A stretch of DNA of 64,000 bases from Acidobacteriota bacterium (GTDB taxonomy: Bacteria > Acidobacteriota > Terriglobia > 20CM-2-55-15): assembly GCA_022821145.1 (NCBI GenBank), contig JAJEEE010000010.1:10015-74014 (forward strand). Direction: 5' to 3'. This document shows positions 50,785-58,925 of this stretch, one piece after another. Each line of letters begins with the position of its first letter. Positions within the stretch are counted from its first letter, which is position 1. A program made the translations under genes and the position numbers. A model generated the notes under the pieces. The model saw nothing but the letters and a program-made list of their open reading frames with translations. It had not been told where the DNA came from and ran no database searches.

Positions 50785-52623
50785 ATGCGTAAAAGAGGCC
50801 TGATCGGCTGCTCGCTGGTCGCAGTGTTGTTGTGCGCCGCCATTGTCGGCGCGGCGGCCCACGACGTCGCCGACGCGGTGATGAACGGGAGCGGGGCGGC
50901 GGCGGTGCGCTCCATGCTGCAGGAAAAGGCCGCGGAGACGCTCCGCCCGGCGGCGGCTGAACCCGATTTTCCGTTCGAGCGCGTCCGCGAGTTTCTCGAC
51001 TACGTCAATGCCCCGCAGGTGGATGGCGCCACCGCGTTGCACTGGGCCGTGCGTTGGGATGACCTGGAAACCACGGATCTGCTGCTCAGCGCGGGGGCGG
51101 AGGTGTCCTCGGCGAACGCCGAAGGCGCGACGCCGCTGTTGCTGGCGGCGGTGAACGGGAACGCAGCGATCATCGGCCGGCTGATCGAGGCCGGAGCCGA
51201 TGCGAACGCCCCGCTCACGCTGAACGGGGACACCGCGCTCATGCTGTCGTCCCGCACGGGAAAGACCGGCGCAGTTCGAACGTTGCTTGACGCCGGCGCC
51301 GACGTCAACGCGCTGGAGACCTGGGGGGGCACGACCGCGCTCATGTGGGCGGTCGAGGAAAACCACCTCGATACGGTCGCGATGCTCCTGGACAACGGCG
51401 CGGACGTCAACGCCCGGTCGTATTACATTCCCTCCGCCACGGGACGCGGATTCGAAGGCGCCTCCCCCGTGCCTCCCGCGCCGGATCAATCGCCGGCCGA
51501 ATACGCCAACGGTTGGCTGACGCCGATGATGTTCGCCGCGCGGGAAGGCCACATGGAAATCGCGCAGGCCCTGGTGGCGGCCGGCGCGGACCTGGACATC
51601 GTCTCGGCCGACGGAAAGAACGCGCTGGCCCTGGCGATCTTCAACGGCCACTACGAAATGGCGTCGTACCTGATCGACAACGGCGTGGACGTCAACCAGG
51701 CCGACGCGCAGCGCTTCACGCCGCTGTTCTGGGCCGTGGACCGGCGCAACATGGAATTGGCGACCAATGGCCTGCCGTGGACCGTGACGGCGGATCCCCT
51801 GCCGCTGATCCGGAAGCTCCTGGACGCGGGCGCGGACCCCAATGCGGTCGTGGACAACACACCGAGGGCGCGCAATCGCGGGGCCTCTCCTCGGATCGTG
51901 TTCGCATCGGCGCTGATGCGCGCCGCGTTCACCGGCGACCTGGCCACCACCCGGCTTCTCCTGGAATACGGGGCCGATCCTTTCGCGGTCTCCAGCGACC
52001 GGGAATCCATGCTGCAGGCCGCGGCCGGCCTCGCGCTGATCCCGGGCTACCAGATGGAAAGACCCCTGGACGAGAGACTCGAGGTCGTCAAGCTGTTCGT
52101 GGAGCTCGGACAGGACGTCAATTGGGCCGACGGCTACGGCATCACGCCGCTGATGGCCGCCGCCAACCTGGGATATACGGAAATCGTCGAATACCTGGTG
52201 GATCAGGGCGCGGACCTGGGCGCGTACGACCTGGGCAAGAAGCTGGACGGATCGTTCATGGCGAGCGTCGAGCCGCTGATGCCCGTCGACTACGCGATCG
52301 GCGTGGGCACGTTCCTGCCGAACAATTCCGTCGAGAATCGTCCCGAGACCGAAGCGGTCATGTTCCGGCTGATGGCGGAACGGGGCATCGAGCACACCAC
52401 CTCGGAATGCACGTTGAGGGGATTCACCTGCGCCACGGCCAACGTCGATCCCAAGACGGCGACGCCGGCGGAAATCATGGTGATGCGGCGTGTGCAGGTC
52501 GGAAAGGACGTCGACGGGCTCGCCACGGGTCTGGACGCCGACGAAGAGCTGGCGAACTCCTCGGAATCGGAGCGCGGCGATCGACCGCTCTTCGAACGGA
52601 ACCAGCAACAGGATCAGCAGTAG
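50785..52623 (+). CDS. Secreted ankyrin-repeat protein, copy 2
   Basis: GGAGG RBS; signal peptide; multiple ankyrin repeats; C-terminal CTLRGFTC. Confidence 0.9.
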   Translation: MRKRGLIGCSLVAVLLCAAIVGAAAHDVADAVMNGSGAAAVRSMLQEKAAETLRPAAAEPDFPFERVREFLDYVNAPQVDGATALHWAVRWDDLETTDLLLSAGAEVSSANAEGATPLLLAAVNGNAAIIGRLIEAGADANAPLTLNGDTALMLSSRTGKTGAVRTLLDAGADVNALETWGGTTALMWAVEENHLDTVAMLLDNGADVNARSYYIPSATGRGFEGASPVPPAPDQSPAEYANGWLTPMMFAAREGHMEIAQALVAAGADLDIVSADGKNALALAIFNGHYEMASYLIDNGVDVNQADAQRFTPLFWAVDRRNMELATNGLPWTVTADPLPLIRKLLDAGADPNAVVDNTPRARNRGASPRIVFASALMRAAFTGDLATTRLLLEYGADPFAVSSDRESMLQAAAGLALIPGYQMERPLDERLEVVKLFVELGQDVNWADGYGITPLMAAANLGYTEIVEYLVDQGADLGAYDLGKKLDGSFMASVEPLMPVDYAIGVGTFLPNNSVENRPETEAVMFRLMAERGIEHTTSECTLRGFTCATANVDPKTATPAEIMVMRRVQVGKDVDGLATGLDADEELANSSESERGDRPLFERNQQQDQQ

Positions 52624-52691
52624 CGAAACCGCGGCGGGTTCGGGCCTAGCGAAACGGGCTCCCTGAGAGTCCAAGTGTCGGAATCACGGCC

Positions 52692-54392
52692 GTGTCACGC
52701 ATCGCACCACACCTGCCGCGCCGAAGCCTGAGTGCCTCGTTGGCCCGACTGTCACTGGTTTGGGCTTTCGCCTCCGGCGCATCCAGTCTCTTCGCGGCGC
52801 AAGTCGACAATGAACCGGACGTCCTGCGCGTCGGCGCGCAACTAGTCCAAGTCAACGTCGTCGTGACCGGCGACGACGGCCCTGTCCACGGTCTGACCGT
52901 CGACGACTTCACCGTGCTGGACGACGGTGTCGAACGCACGATCGAGGTCTTCGAGGTCATCCGTTCAGCGACGGTCGATTCCGACCCGGGGGCGATGCTT
53001 CCCGACAACGTCGTGTCGAACCGGCTGGATCGCCGGGGACGGCGGCCCGAGTCGGCCACGGCCCTCCTCATCGACCGGCTGAACACGCTGGGTCGCGACC
53101 AGGCGTTCATGGACCAGCAGGCGCGGGAATTCCTCGCCGAGGCGTCGGCGGCCGGCGAGCACGTCGTCGTTCTCGAGCTCGGCGAGGAGGGGTTGACCGT
53201 CCTGGCCGACTTCACGGCTCCCCCGGAGGCCATTCGCGACGCGCTCGAAGACCGGCGCCCGTCCCACTCCCTGACGATGGGATCGAGCCTGGAGTTCTTC
53301 ACGGGCGGGCTGGACCCGATACTGGAGAACCTGAGGGACCGACTCGAGGAAGAGCAAGGTACGGGAGAGTCGGAAGGATCGAGCACGATCCTGGAAGTTG
53401 ATCCGGACGAACTCCCGGATACGGTCGAGTTCGAAGTTCAGCTCCAACGCTATTTCATGAACCGGCGACTCCTGATGACCGCCGCGGCGCTCGAGGCGAG
53501 CGCCCGTCACCTGGCGCGGCTGCCCGGCCGGAAGAACCTCGTATGGATGGCCGCTCAGTTTCCGTTCCCGTACGAGGCGTGGCAGGACACCCGCTTCACC
53601 AGTTCCACCAACTTCATGCCGCCTTCCACCCTGAATCGGATCGACGCGGTGTTTCGCGAGATCGTGGACAGCGACGTCGCCGTGTATCCGATCGACGTCA
53701 TGGGCATTCGGAACCCCGACTCGACCGAGGACATGGACTTCACGCTCGATCTTCCGATGAAGATCGCCGAGGTCACGGGCGGACGCGCATCGTTCAACAC
53801 CAACGGATTGGCGACACGGATTCGCGAGGCCGTCCGCGACATGCACTCGAATTACTCGTTGGGATTCTACGTTCCCGAAGTCGAGTCCGATGCCGAGTTC
53901 CACGAGCTCGAGGTGCGCGTGGACCGCGATGACGTCGAGGTGCTGCACCGGGACGGCTACTTCGGATTCGGCGCCGACGCGACCGGCGCAGGCGACCTGG
54001 ACCGGACCCTGGAGGACCCGTTCAACGCGACCGGCATCGGCCTGCTCGCAACCGCGGAACCCGTCCCGGACGCCACGGGACGGTACACGGTCACGCTCGC
54101 CGTCGACGTGAACGACATCGAGCTGAACCGGGCCGGCGACCATTGGGCCGGGTCACTGGCGGTCGCGGCGAGCTTCTACATCGACGCACTGGACCGGTAC
54201 TCGAACCTGCCGCCCGTCATGCATGCGATCCGGCTCACGGACGCACAGTTCGAAACGGCCCGGCGGTTGACGGGCCTCATCATCCAGCACGTCGTGGAAA
54301 CCGACGGCTACGCCGGCCAACTGCGCTTGGCCGTACAGGATCCCGCGACCGGCGCGACGGGTTCGCTCTGGCTCAGTCTCGGCGGAGAATAG
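52692..54392 (+). CDS. Acidobacterial-type VWA domain protein, copy 3
   Basis: Clear full-length paralog of copies 1 and 2. Confidence 0.9.
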   Translation: MSRIAPHLPRRSLSASLARLSLVWAFASGASSLFAAQVDNEPDVLRVGAQLVQVNVVVTGDDGPVHGLTVDDFTVLDDGVERTIEVFEVIRSATVDSDPGAMLPDNVVSNRLDRRGRRPESATALLIDRLNTLGRDQAFMDQQAREFLAEASAAGEHVVVLELGEEGLTVLADFTAPPEAIRDALEDRRPSHSLTMGSSLEFFTGGLDPILENLRDRLEEEQGTGESEGSSTILEVDPDELPDTVEFEVQLQRYFMNRRLLMTAAALEASARHLARLPGRKNLVWMAAQFPFPYEAWQDTRFTSSTNFMPPSTLNRIDAVFREIVDSDVAVYPIDVMGIRNPDSTEDMDFTLDLPMKIAEVTGGRASFNTNGLATRIREAVRDMHSNYSLGFYVPEVESDAEFHELEVRVDRDDVEVLHRDGYFGFGADATGAGDLDRTLEDPFNATGIGLLATAEPVPDATGRYTVTLAVDVNDIELNRAGDHWAGSLAVAASFYIDALDRYSNLPPVMHAIRLTDAQFETARRLTGLIIQHVVETDGYAGQLRLAVQDPATGATGSLWLSLGGE

Positions 54393-54404
54393 TCGGTCCG
54401 GACG

Positions 54405-54944
54405 CTATTCGCCCAGTTCCTCCAGCAGGCTGACGAGGTCGTCGGCGTGCTCCTCCTCCATTGCGAGAATCTCTTCCAGCATGCGCCGCGTCGTGGGATC
54501 GTCCTTCCCCAGGTAGGCGATCATCTCGCGGTAACTGTCGATGGCGATGCGCTCGGCGATGAGGTCTTCCCGGATCATGCTCACCAGGTCCGTCCCTTCC
54601 ACGTACTCGGCGTGGCTGCGGGTAAGCAAACCTTCCGGCGACAGGTTCGGCTCGCCGCCGAGCTGCACTATGCGCTGCGCGATCTGGTCGGCGTGCTGCT
54701 GCTCCTCGTTGGCGTGCTGCAGGAACTCCTGCGCGACGCTCTGGGCGTTGATCCCGGACGCCATGAAGTAGTGGCGCTTGTAGCGCAGGACGCACACGAT
54801 CTCGGTAGCGAGCGCCTCGTTGAGCAACCGCACCACCGTTTCGCGGTCGGCCGCGTATCCGGGCGTCACGGCGCCCTGCTCGATATGCTCGCGCGCCCTC
54901 CGGCGCAGCGTCTGGATGTCGGTCAGGAATGGTGTATCGGCCAT
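54405..54944 (-). CDS. Ferritin-like (bacterioferritin-type) diiron protein
   Basis: ATEI..RY..H, EE..HAD, EDLIAE, EEEHADDL ferroxidase ligands. Confidence 0.85.
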   Translation of the reverse strand: MADTPFLTDIQTLRRRAREHIEQGAVTPGYAADRETVVRLLNEALATEIVCVLRYKRHYFMASGINAQSVAQEFLQHANEEQQHADQIAQRIVQLGGEPNLSPEGLLTRSHAEYVEGTDLVSMIREDLIAERIAIDSYREMIAYLGKDDPTTRRMLEEILAMEEEHADDLVSLLEELGE

Positions 54945-55073
54945 GATGTCTCTCCGTTAGTCTTGATTACAATGTACCAGACGCGCGGCGCCGCGAGCGC
55001 CGCGACCGATTGACCGATCCAGGATTCGCGCGGTCCATGGCGTCATGGCGGACGGGGCCGCCGGGGGGCGACA

Positions 55074-55847
55074 ATGAAGATCATCCGAACAACCGTGCTC
55101 GCTCTCATGCTGGCGGTTCCGGCCTCGGCTCAGAGGATCCCCGGAACCGACGACCGGGCGGCGGAAGGCTTCTTCGAGATTCGCGCCCGCATCGACGGCG
55201 AGGTGATCCTGCAGGTCAAGGGGACCGACATCACCCATCGCGTCGTAAGCGGCCGTGCGCTGCAACTCGAACGGTCGACCTATTCGCAACCGATCCCGGA
55301 AGCGGTGTTCGGGATATTCGAGCTCGAACGGCTGGACGGACGCGGTCGGGTCGAGTTGGTCGAGCGGCCGCTGCTCAGCAACGACTACACGGCCATCATT
55401 CGAGTCCGCGACGACGACGGCGGCGCGGATGACTACCACCTGAGGCTCGACTGGACCTGGAACCCGGACGATCCGCTCCGCCCGCCGCCCGGCCGCAACG
55501 TCGGGGGCCGCGCCGGAATCGATCTGCCGAGACTGTTCGGACCTCGCGAGGGCTACTTCGAGTTCTCCGGGCGCGTCGATCACGTCACGGCGATCTCGAT
55601 CAGCGGAGAGCGCGTGCGCAGCGAGGACTTCGGCGGTCAGCGGCTCCGCGACGGGTTCTATGACTGGTCGAGCCCGATGCCCGCGGCGCCGGTGGATATC
55701 GAGCTGGTCAACGTCCGCGGACGCGGCCGCGTCGAGTTGGTCGAGAGTCCGTGGGAAGGCAACGGATACACGGCCGTCGTCCGGATCGAAGACCTGAACG
55801 GCGGGGCCGCGGACTACAGTTTCGAACTCGTCTGGAGGCAGCGTTGA
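55074..55847 (+). CDS. Secreted protein with two tandem ~95-aa repeats
   Basis: Signal peptide; EG.FE...R.D ... GRGRVELVE.P...N.YTA..R..D..GGA.DY...L.W twice. Confidence 0.75.
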   Translation: MKIIRTTVLALMLAVPASAQRIPGTDDRAAEGFFEIRARIDGEVILQVKGTDITHRVVSGRALQLERSTYSQPIPEAVFGIFELERLDGRGRVELVERPLLSNDYTAIIRVRDDDGGADDYHLRLDWTWNPDDPLRPPPGRNVGGRAGIDLPRLFGPREGYFEFSGRVDHVTAISISGERVRSEDFGGQRLRDGFYDWSSPMPAAPVDIELVNVRGRGRVELVESPWEGNGYTAVVRIEDLNGGAADYSFELVWRQR

Positions 55848-55957
55848 CCCGGCCGCGCCCAGAAATCGGTCACGCGATCGAGACTGCCAATTCCGCACGG
55901 GTCGTCGAGACGATTGGATCAGGCGGCCCACCGTACCGATTTTGCCAGACTGACCCC

Positions 55958-56116
55958 ATGTCACCCGATGCCAGGCAGTTACTCGACGCGGTGTTGAAGC
56001 TGCCGCCCGAAGCTCGCCGGCAATCGCTTGCCGCCGCCAACAGCCCGCAAGCCGCCGCCGATCAGGCCTTCATCGAGGCCATCAGCGAGACCGGGATCGA
56101 GTGGAGTGCGCCGTAG
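55958..56116 (+). pseudogene. Chimeric antitoxin remnant (addiction-module N-terminus + DUF3018/MazE-like C-terminus)
   Basis: MSPDARQLLDAVLKLPP-EAR-RQSLAAANSPQAAADQAFIEAISE; no toxin gene adjacent. Confidence 0.55.
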
Positions 56117-56134
56117 GACGGCCGTCCACCCGCT

Positions 56135-56956
56135 TCAGCCGGCGCTTCTACCCTCAGCGTGCATGTCTCTCGCCAGCGAGAGCGACTGCCGCCAAGTCGC
56201 CGAGGGCACGCGGCCGGCCATCTGCAGCCAGGCCAGACCGGGCCTCAGGTGGTGCAGGCGGTGCATGGAGAGTCCGAACGAGAACCAGTACAGGAACCGC
56301 CCGCGGTAGTTGTGCGAGCGCGTCTCGGCAGCGCCCGTCGAGTATCCCTCGTGGGTCTTGACGGCGAAACCGTACCAGAGCAGGAACGAGTGGAGAACGA
56401 GCGCCGGGAACAGTCCCAGCGCCACGCGTCCGATGCCCACGTGCGCGGCGATGGCGGCGTAGACGGCGACGTGTCCGAGGCGCGAGACGACGTATTCGAC
56501 CGTGTCGGTCCGGTTCCAGCGTCCGTTCCGGACGAGCCAGACCAGCCAGTAGTTGGGCAGGGCCCAGGCGCGAAGCGGGATCTGCCAGGGACGCCGGACG
56601 TTCATGAACGCGTCGGGATCGTCTCCTGCAACGTTGGTGGCGGCATGATGCCTCAGGTGCGTCTTCCGGAAGGTCACGAACGGCACGGCCGTGGGGAACA
56701 TGGCCAGTCGGCCCCACCACCGGTTCGCCGTTTTCGAGTTTCCCAGGTGGCCGTGGGCCGCCTCGTGCGCCATGCTGCCGGCCACGAAGTGGAGGTACGC
56801 GCGAACCACGATGTCGAGAACGTAAAAGATGACGCCGCCGGGTTGCCAGAAATAGCTTCCGAGCGAGCCGGTGACGGCGACGGCCGTCGTCATGCGATTG
56901 ACCCCGACGGCGCGGCCGCGGGTGACGGTGCGAAATCGATTGATGGTCGCTTCCAT
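56135..56956 (-). CDS. Membrane fatty-acid desaturase superfamily protein
   Basis: Three His boxes HEAAH, HLRHH, HRLHH. Confidence 0.85.
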   Translation of the reverse strand: MEATINRFRTVTRGRAVGVNRMTTAVAVTGSLGSYFWQPGGVIFYVLDIVVRAYLHFVAGSMAHEAAHGHLGNSKTANRWWGRLAMFPTAVPFVTFRKTHLRHHAATNVAGDDPDAFMNVRRPWQIPLRAWALPNYWLVWLVRNGRWNRTDTVEYVVSRLGHVAVYAAIAAHVGIGRVALGLFPALVLHSFLLWYGFAVKTHEGYSTGAAETRSHNYRGRFLYWFSFGLSMHRLHHLRPGLAWLQMAGRVPSATWRQSLSLARDMHAEGRSAG

Positions 56957-57044
56957 GATGGCGACTCTACGCGGCGCGGGAAGCGTCCGTGGCGCGGGAT
57001 GTCACAGTTTCGGGAGTGTCACAACGGGGTGTAGATTAGGGCCT

Positions 57045-57947
57045 GTGAGACTCTGGCTTACCAGGAACAGCGACGTATCCCTGAAGGAGCAGTTGAGCGT
57101 CCAGATCCTGCTCGGGATCGTCAGCGGCGACCTCGGCGTCGGGGAACGGCTGCCGAGCACCTCGCAACTGGCCCGGCGTTGGGGCATCCATTCGAACACG
57201 GCCCGGGCGGCTTACCGCGAGTTGGCGGACCACGGCTGGATCGAATGGCGCCGCGGCAGCGGCTTCTACGTGGTGGAGCGCGACACGAACCCCGCGCCGG
57301 ACCCCGCCGTCGAGCTCGACCGCCTGATCGCGTCGTTTCTCGAGACGTCGCGACGCCAAGGCCACGCCATGGGCGATGTCCGCGCGCGGGTGCTGCGGTG
57401 GTTCTCGGCGCAGCCGCCCGAGCGCGTCTTCGTCATCGAGCCGGAAGCGGAGCTCCGAGAGATCATGATGGCCGAGATCCGGCCGGCCGTGACGCTGCCC
57501 GTGGCGGGCGGCGGGATCGAGGACTGCGCGAGCGCCCACGTCCGGACCGGATCCTACTGCGTGGCGCTCTACGACCATGCGGCGGAGGTCCGCCGCGCGC
57601 TGCCGCCGTCGGTCCCCTGCCTCCTGCTCCGGTCCAGTTCCGTTCCCGGAATGCTCGCCGGCGAGACACGGCCGTCGCCGGACACGCTGATCACCGTCGT
57701 CTCGCGGTGGCCGGGATTGCTGAAATGGACCCGGACCGTGCTTTCGGCGGTGGGGATCGACGAAAAGGCGCTGGACCTTCGCGACGCCCGGCGGAGCGGG
57801 TGGAGTCGGGGGCTGCACCGAGCGGACCTGGTCGTGACCGACAGCCTGATGGCCACCCGACTGCCCGCGCGCTGCCGGCCCCGGGTGTTTCCGATCATCG
57901 CTCGGCCGTCCCTGGACGCGTTGCGCCGGAGCTTGCCGTCGTCATGA
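57045..57947 (+). CDS. GntR-family transcriptional regulator
   Basis: GERLPST.QLA..W.IH.NT..AAY.EL...G.I..RRGSG.YV HTH; GTG 7 nt after TAGATT. Confidence 0.85.
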   Translation: MRLWLTRNSDVSLKEQLSVQILLGIVSGDLGVGERLPSTSQLARRWGIHSNTARAAYRELADHGWIEWRRGSGFYVVERDTNPAPDPAVELDRLIASFLETSRRQGHAMGDVRARVLRWFSAQPPERVFVIEPEAELREIMMAEIRPAVTLPVAGGGIEDCASAHVRTGSYCVALYDHAAEVRRALPPSVPCLLLRSSSVPGMLAGETRPSPDTLITVVSRWPGLLKWTRTVLSAVGIDEKALDLRDARRSGWSRGLHRADLVVTDSLMATRLPARCRPRVFPIIARPSLDALRRSLPSS

Positions 57948-58166
57948 TCCGGGTCCATCGGCGCCGCGTGGGTCTCGCACACACCGTTCCCTGTAAGTCA
58001 TTCTTTTTAAAGGACAATCCTGTACAGGACGCCGTCGATCGGATACGATTCCGCGCAGAATTCGCATGTTCCAACCCGGTAAAGCACCCGCCGTCACGAT
58101 TCACTCGACGGTCGCGCCCCGCGACAACGACCACGACGCGGTCGTGTCCGGAAACGGTTATCCGCG

Positions 58167-58925
58167 GTGATCGAGTTCGCGGAAGTCAGCAAGACCTTCC
58201 ACGATCCTGGAAGTGACGGCATCGTCGCGGTCGATCGCTTCAGCCTCACTGTCGCCGCCGGCGAGACGCTGGGCCTGATCGGGACGAGCGGCTGCGGCAA
58301 GACGACGACGATGAAGCTCGTCAACCGCCTCATCGAACCGACCGGCGGGCGGATACTTCTGGACGGCCAGGACGTCCGGGAACTGGACGTGATATCCCTG
58401 CGCCGCCGCATCGGCTACGTCATCCAGACCGGCGGCCTCTTTCCGCACATGACCGTCGCCCGGAACATCGGGCTCCTGTGCGAAGTGGGAAACTGGACGG
58501 CCGGGGACATCCGCGTCCGGGTCCGCGAGCTGCTCGATCTGGTGAACCTGCCGCCGGACGACTTCGCGGACCGCTACCCGCGCGACCTTTCCGGCGGACA
58601 ACGGCAGCGCGTCGGCGTGGCCCGGGCGCTCGCCCTGGATCCCCCGTTCATGCTGATGGACGAGCCGTTTGCGGCGCTGGACCCGATCAGCCGCGACAAG
58701 ATCCACGAAGAGTTCGCGCAACTGAAGGAGCGCGTCCGGAAGACGACCGTCCTGGTCACCCACGACATGGCGGAAGCGTTCAAGCTGGCCGACCGGATCG
58801 CGCTCATGCACAAGGGTCGACTGGTCCAGGTCGGCGTGGAAGACGACTTCAGGGAACGGCCGGCGACTCCCTTCGTGGAGGATTTCCTGCGGAGTCATCT
58901 GCATGAAGGGGCGGCCGATGTATAG
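58167..58925 (+). CDS. Osmoprotectant (Opu/ProU-like) ABC transporter ATP-binding protein
   Basis: GTSGCGKTT, LRRRIGYVIQ..GLFPH, LSGGQRQRVGVARALA, MDEPF. Confidence 0.9.
   Translation: MIEFAEVSKTFHDPGSDGIVAVDRFSLTVAAGETLGLIGTSGCGKTTTMKLVNRLIEPTGGRILLDGQDVRELDVISLRRRIGYVIQTGGLFPHMTVARNIGLLCEVGNWTAGDIRVRVRELLDLVNLPPDDFADRYPRDLSGGQRQRVGVARALALDPPFMLMDEPFAALDPISRDKIHEEFAQLKERVRKTTVLVTHDMAEAFKLADRIALMHKGRLVQVGVEDDFRERPATPFVEDFLRSHLHEGAADV

Noticed and set aside
41136-54392. Diversity-generating retroelement explanation for the VWA repeats
   Set aside because: No reverse transcriptase in the window, and differences are indels and general substitutions rather than adenine-specific
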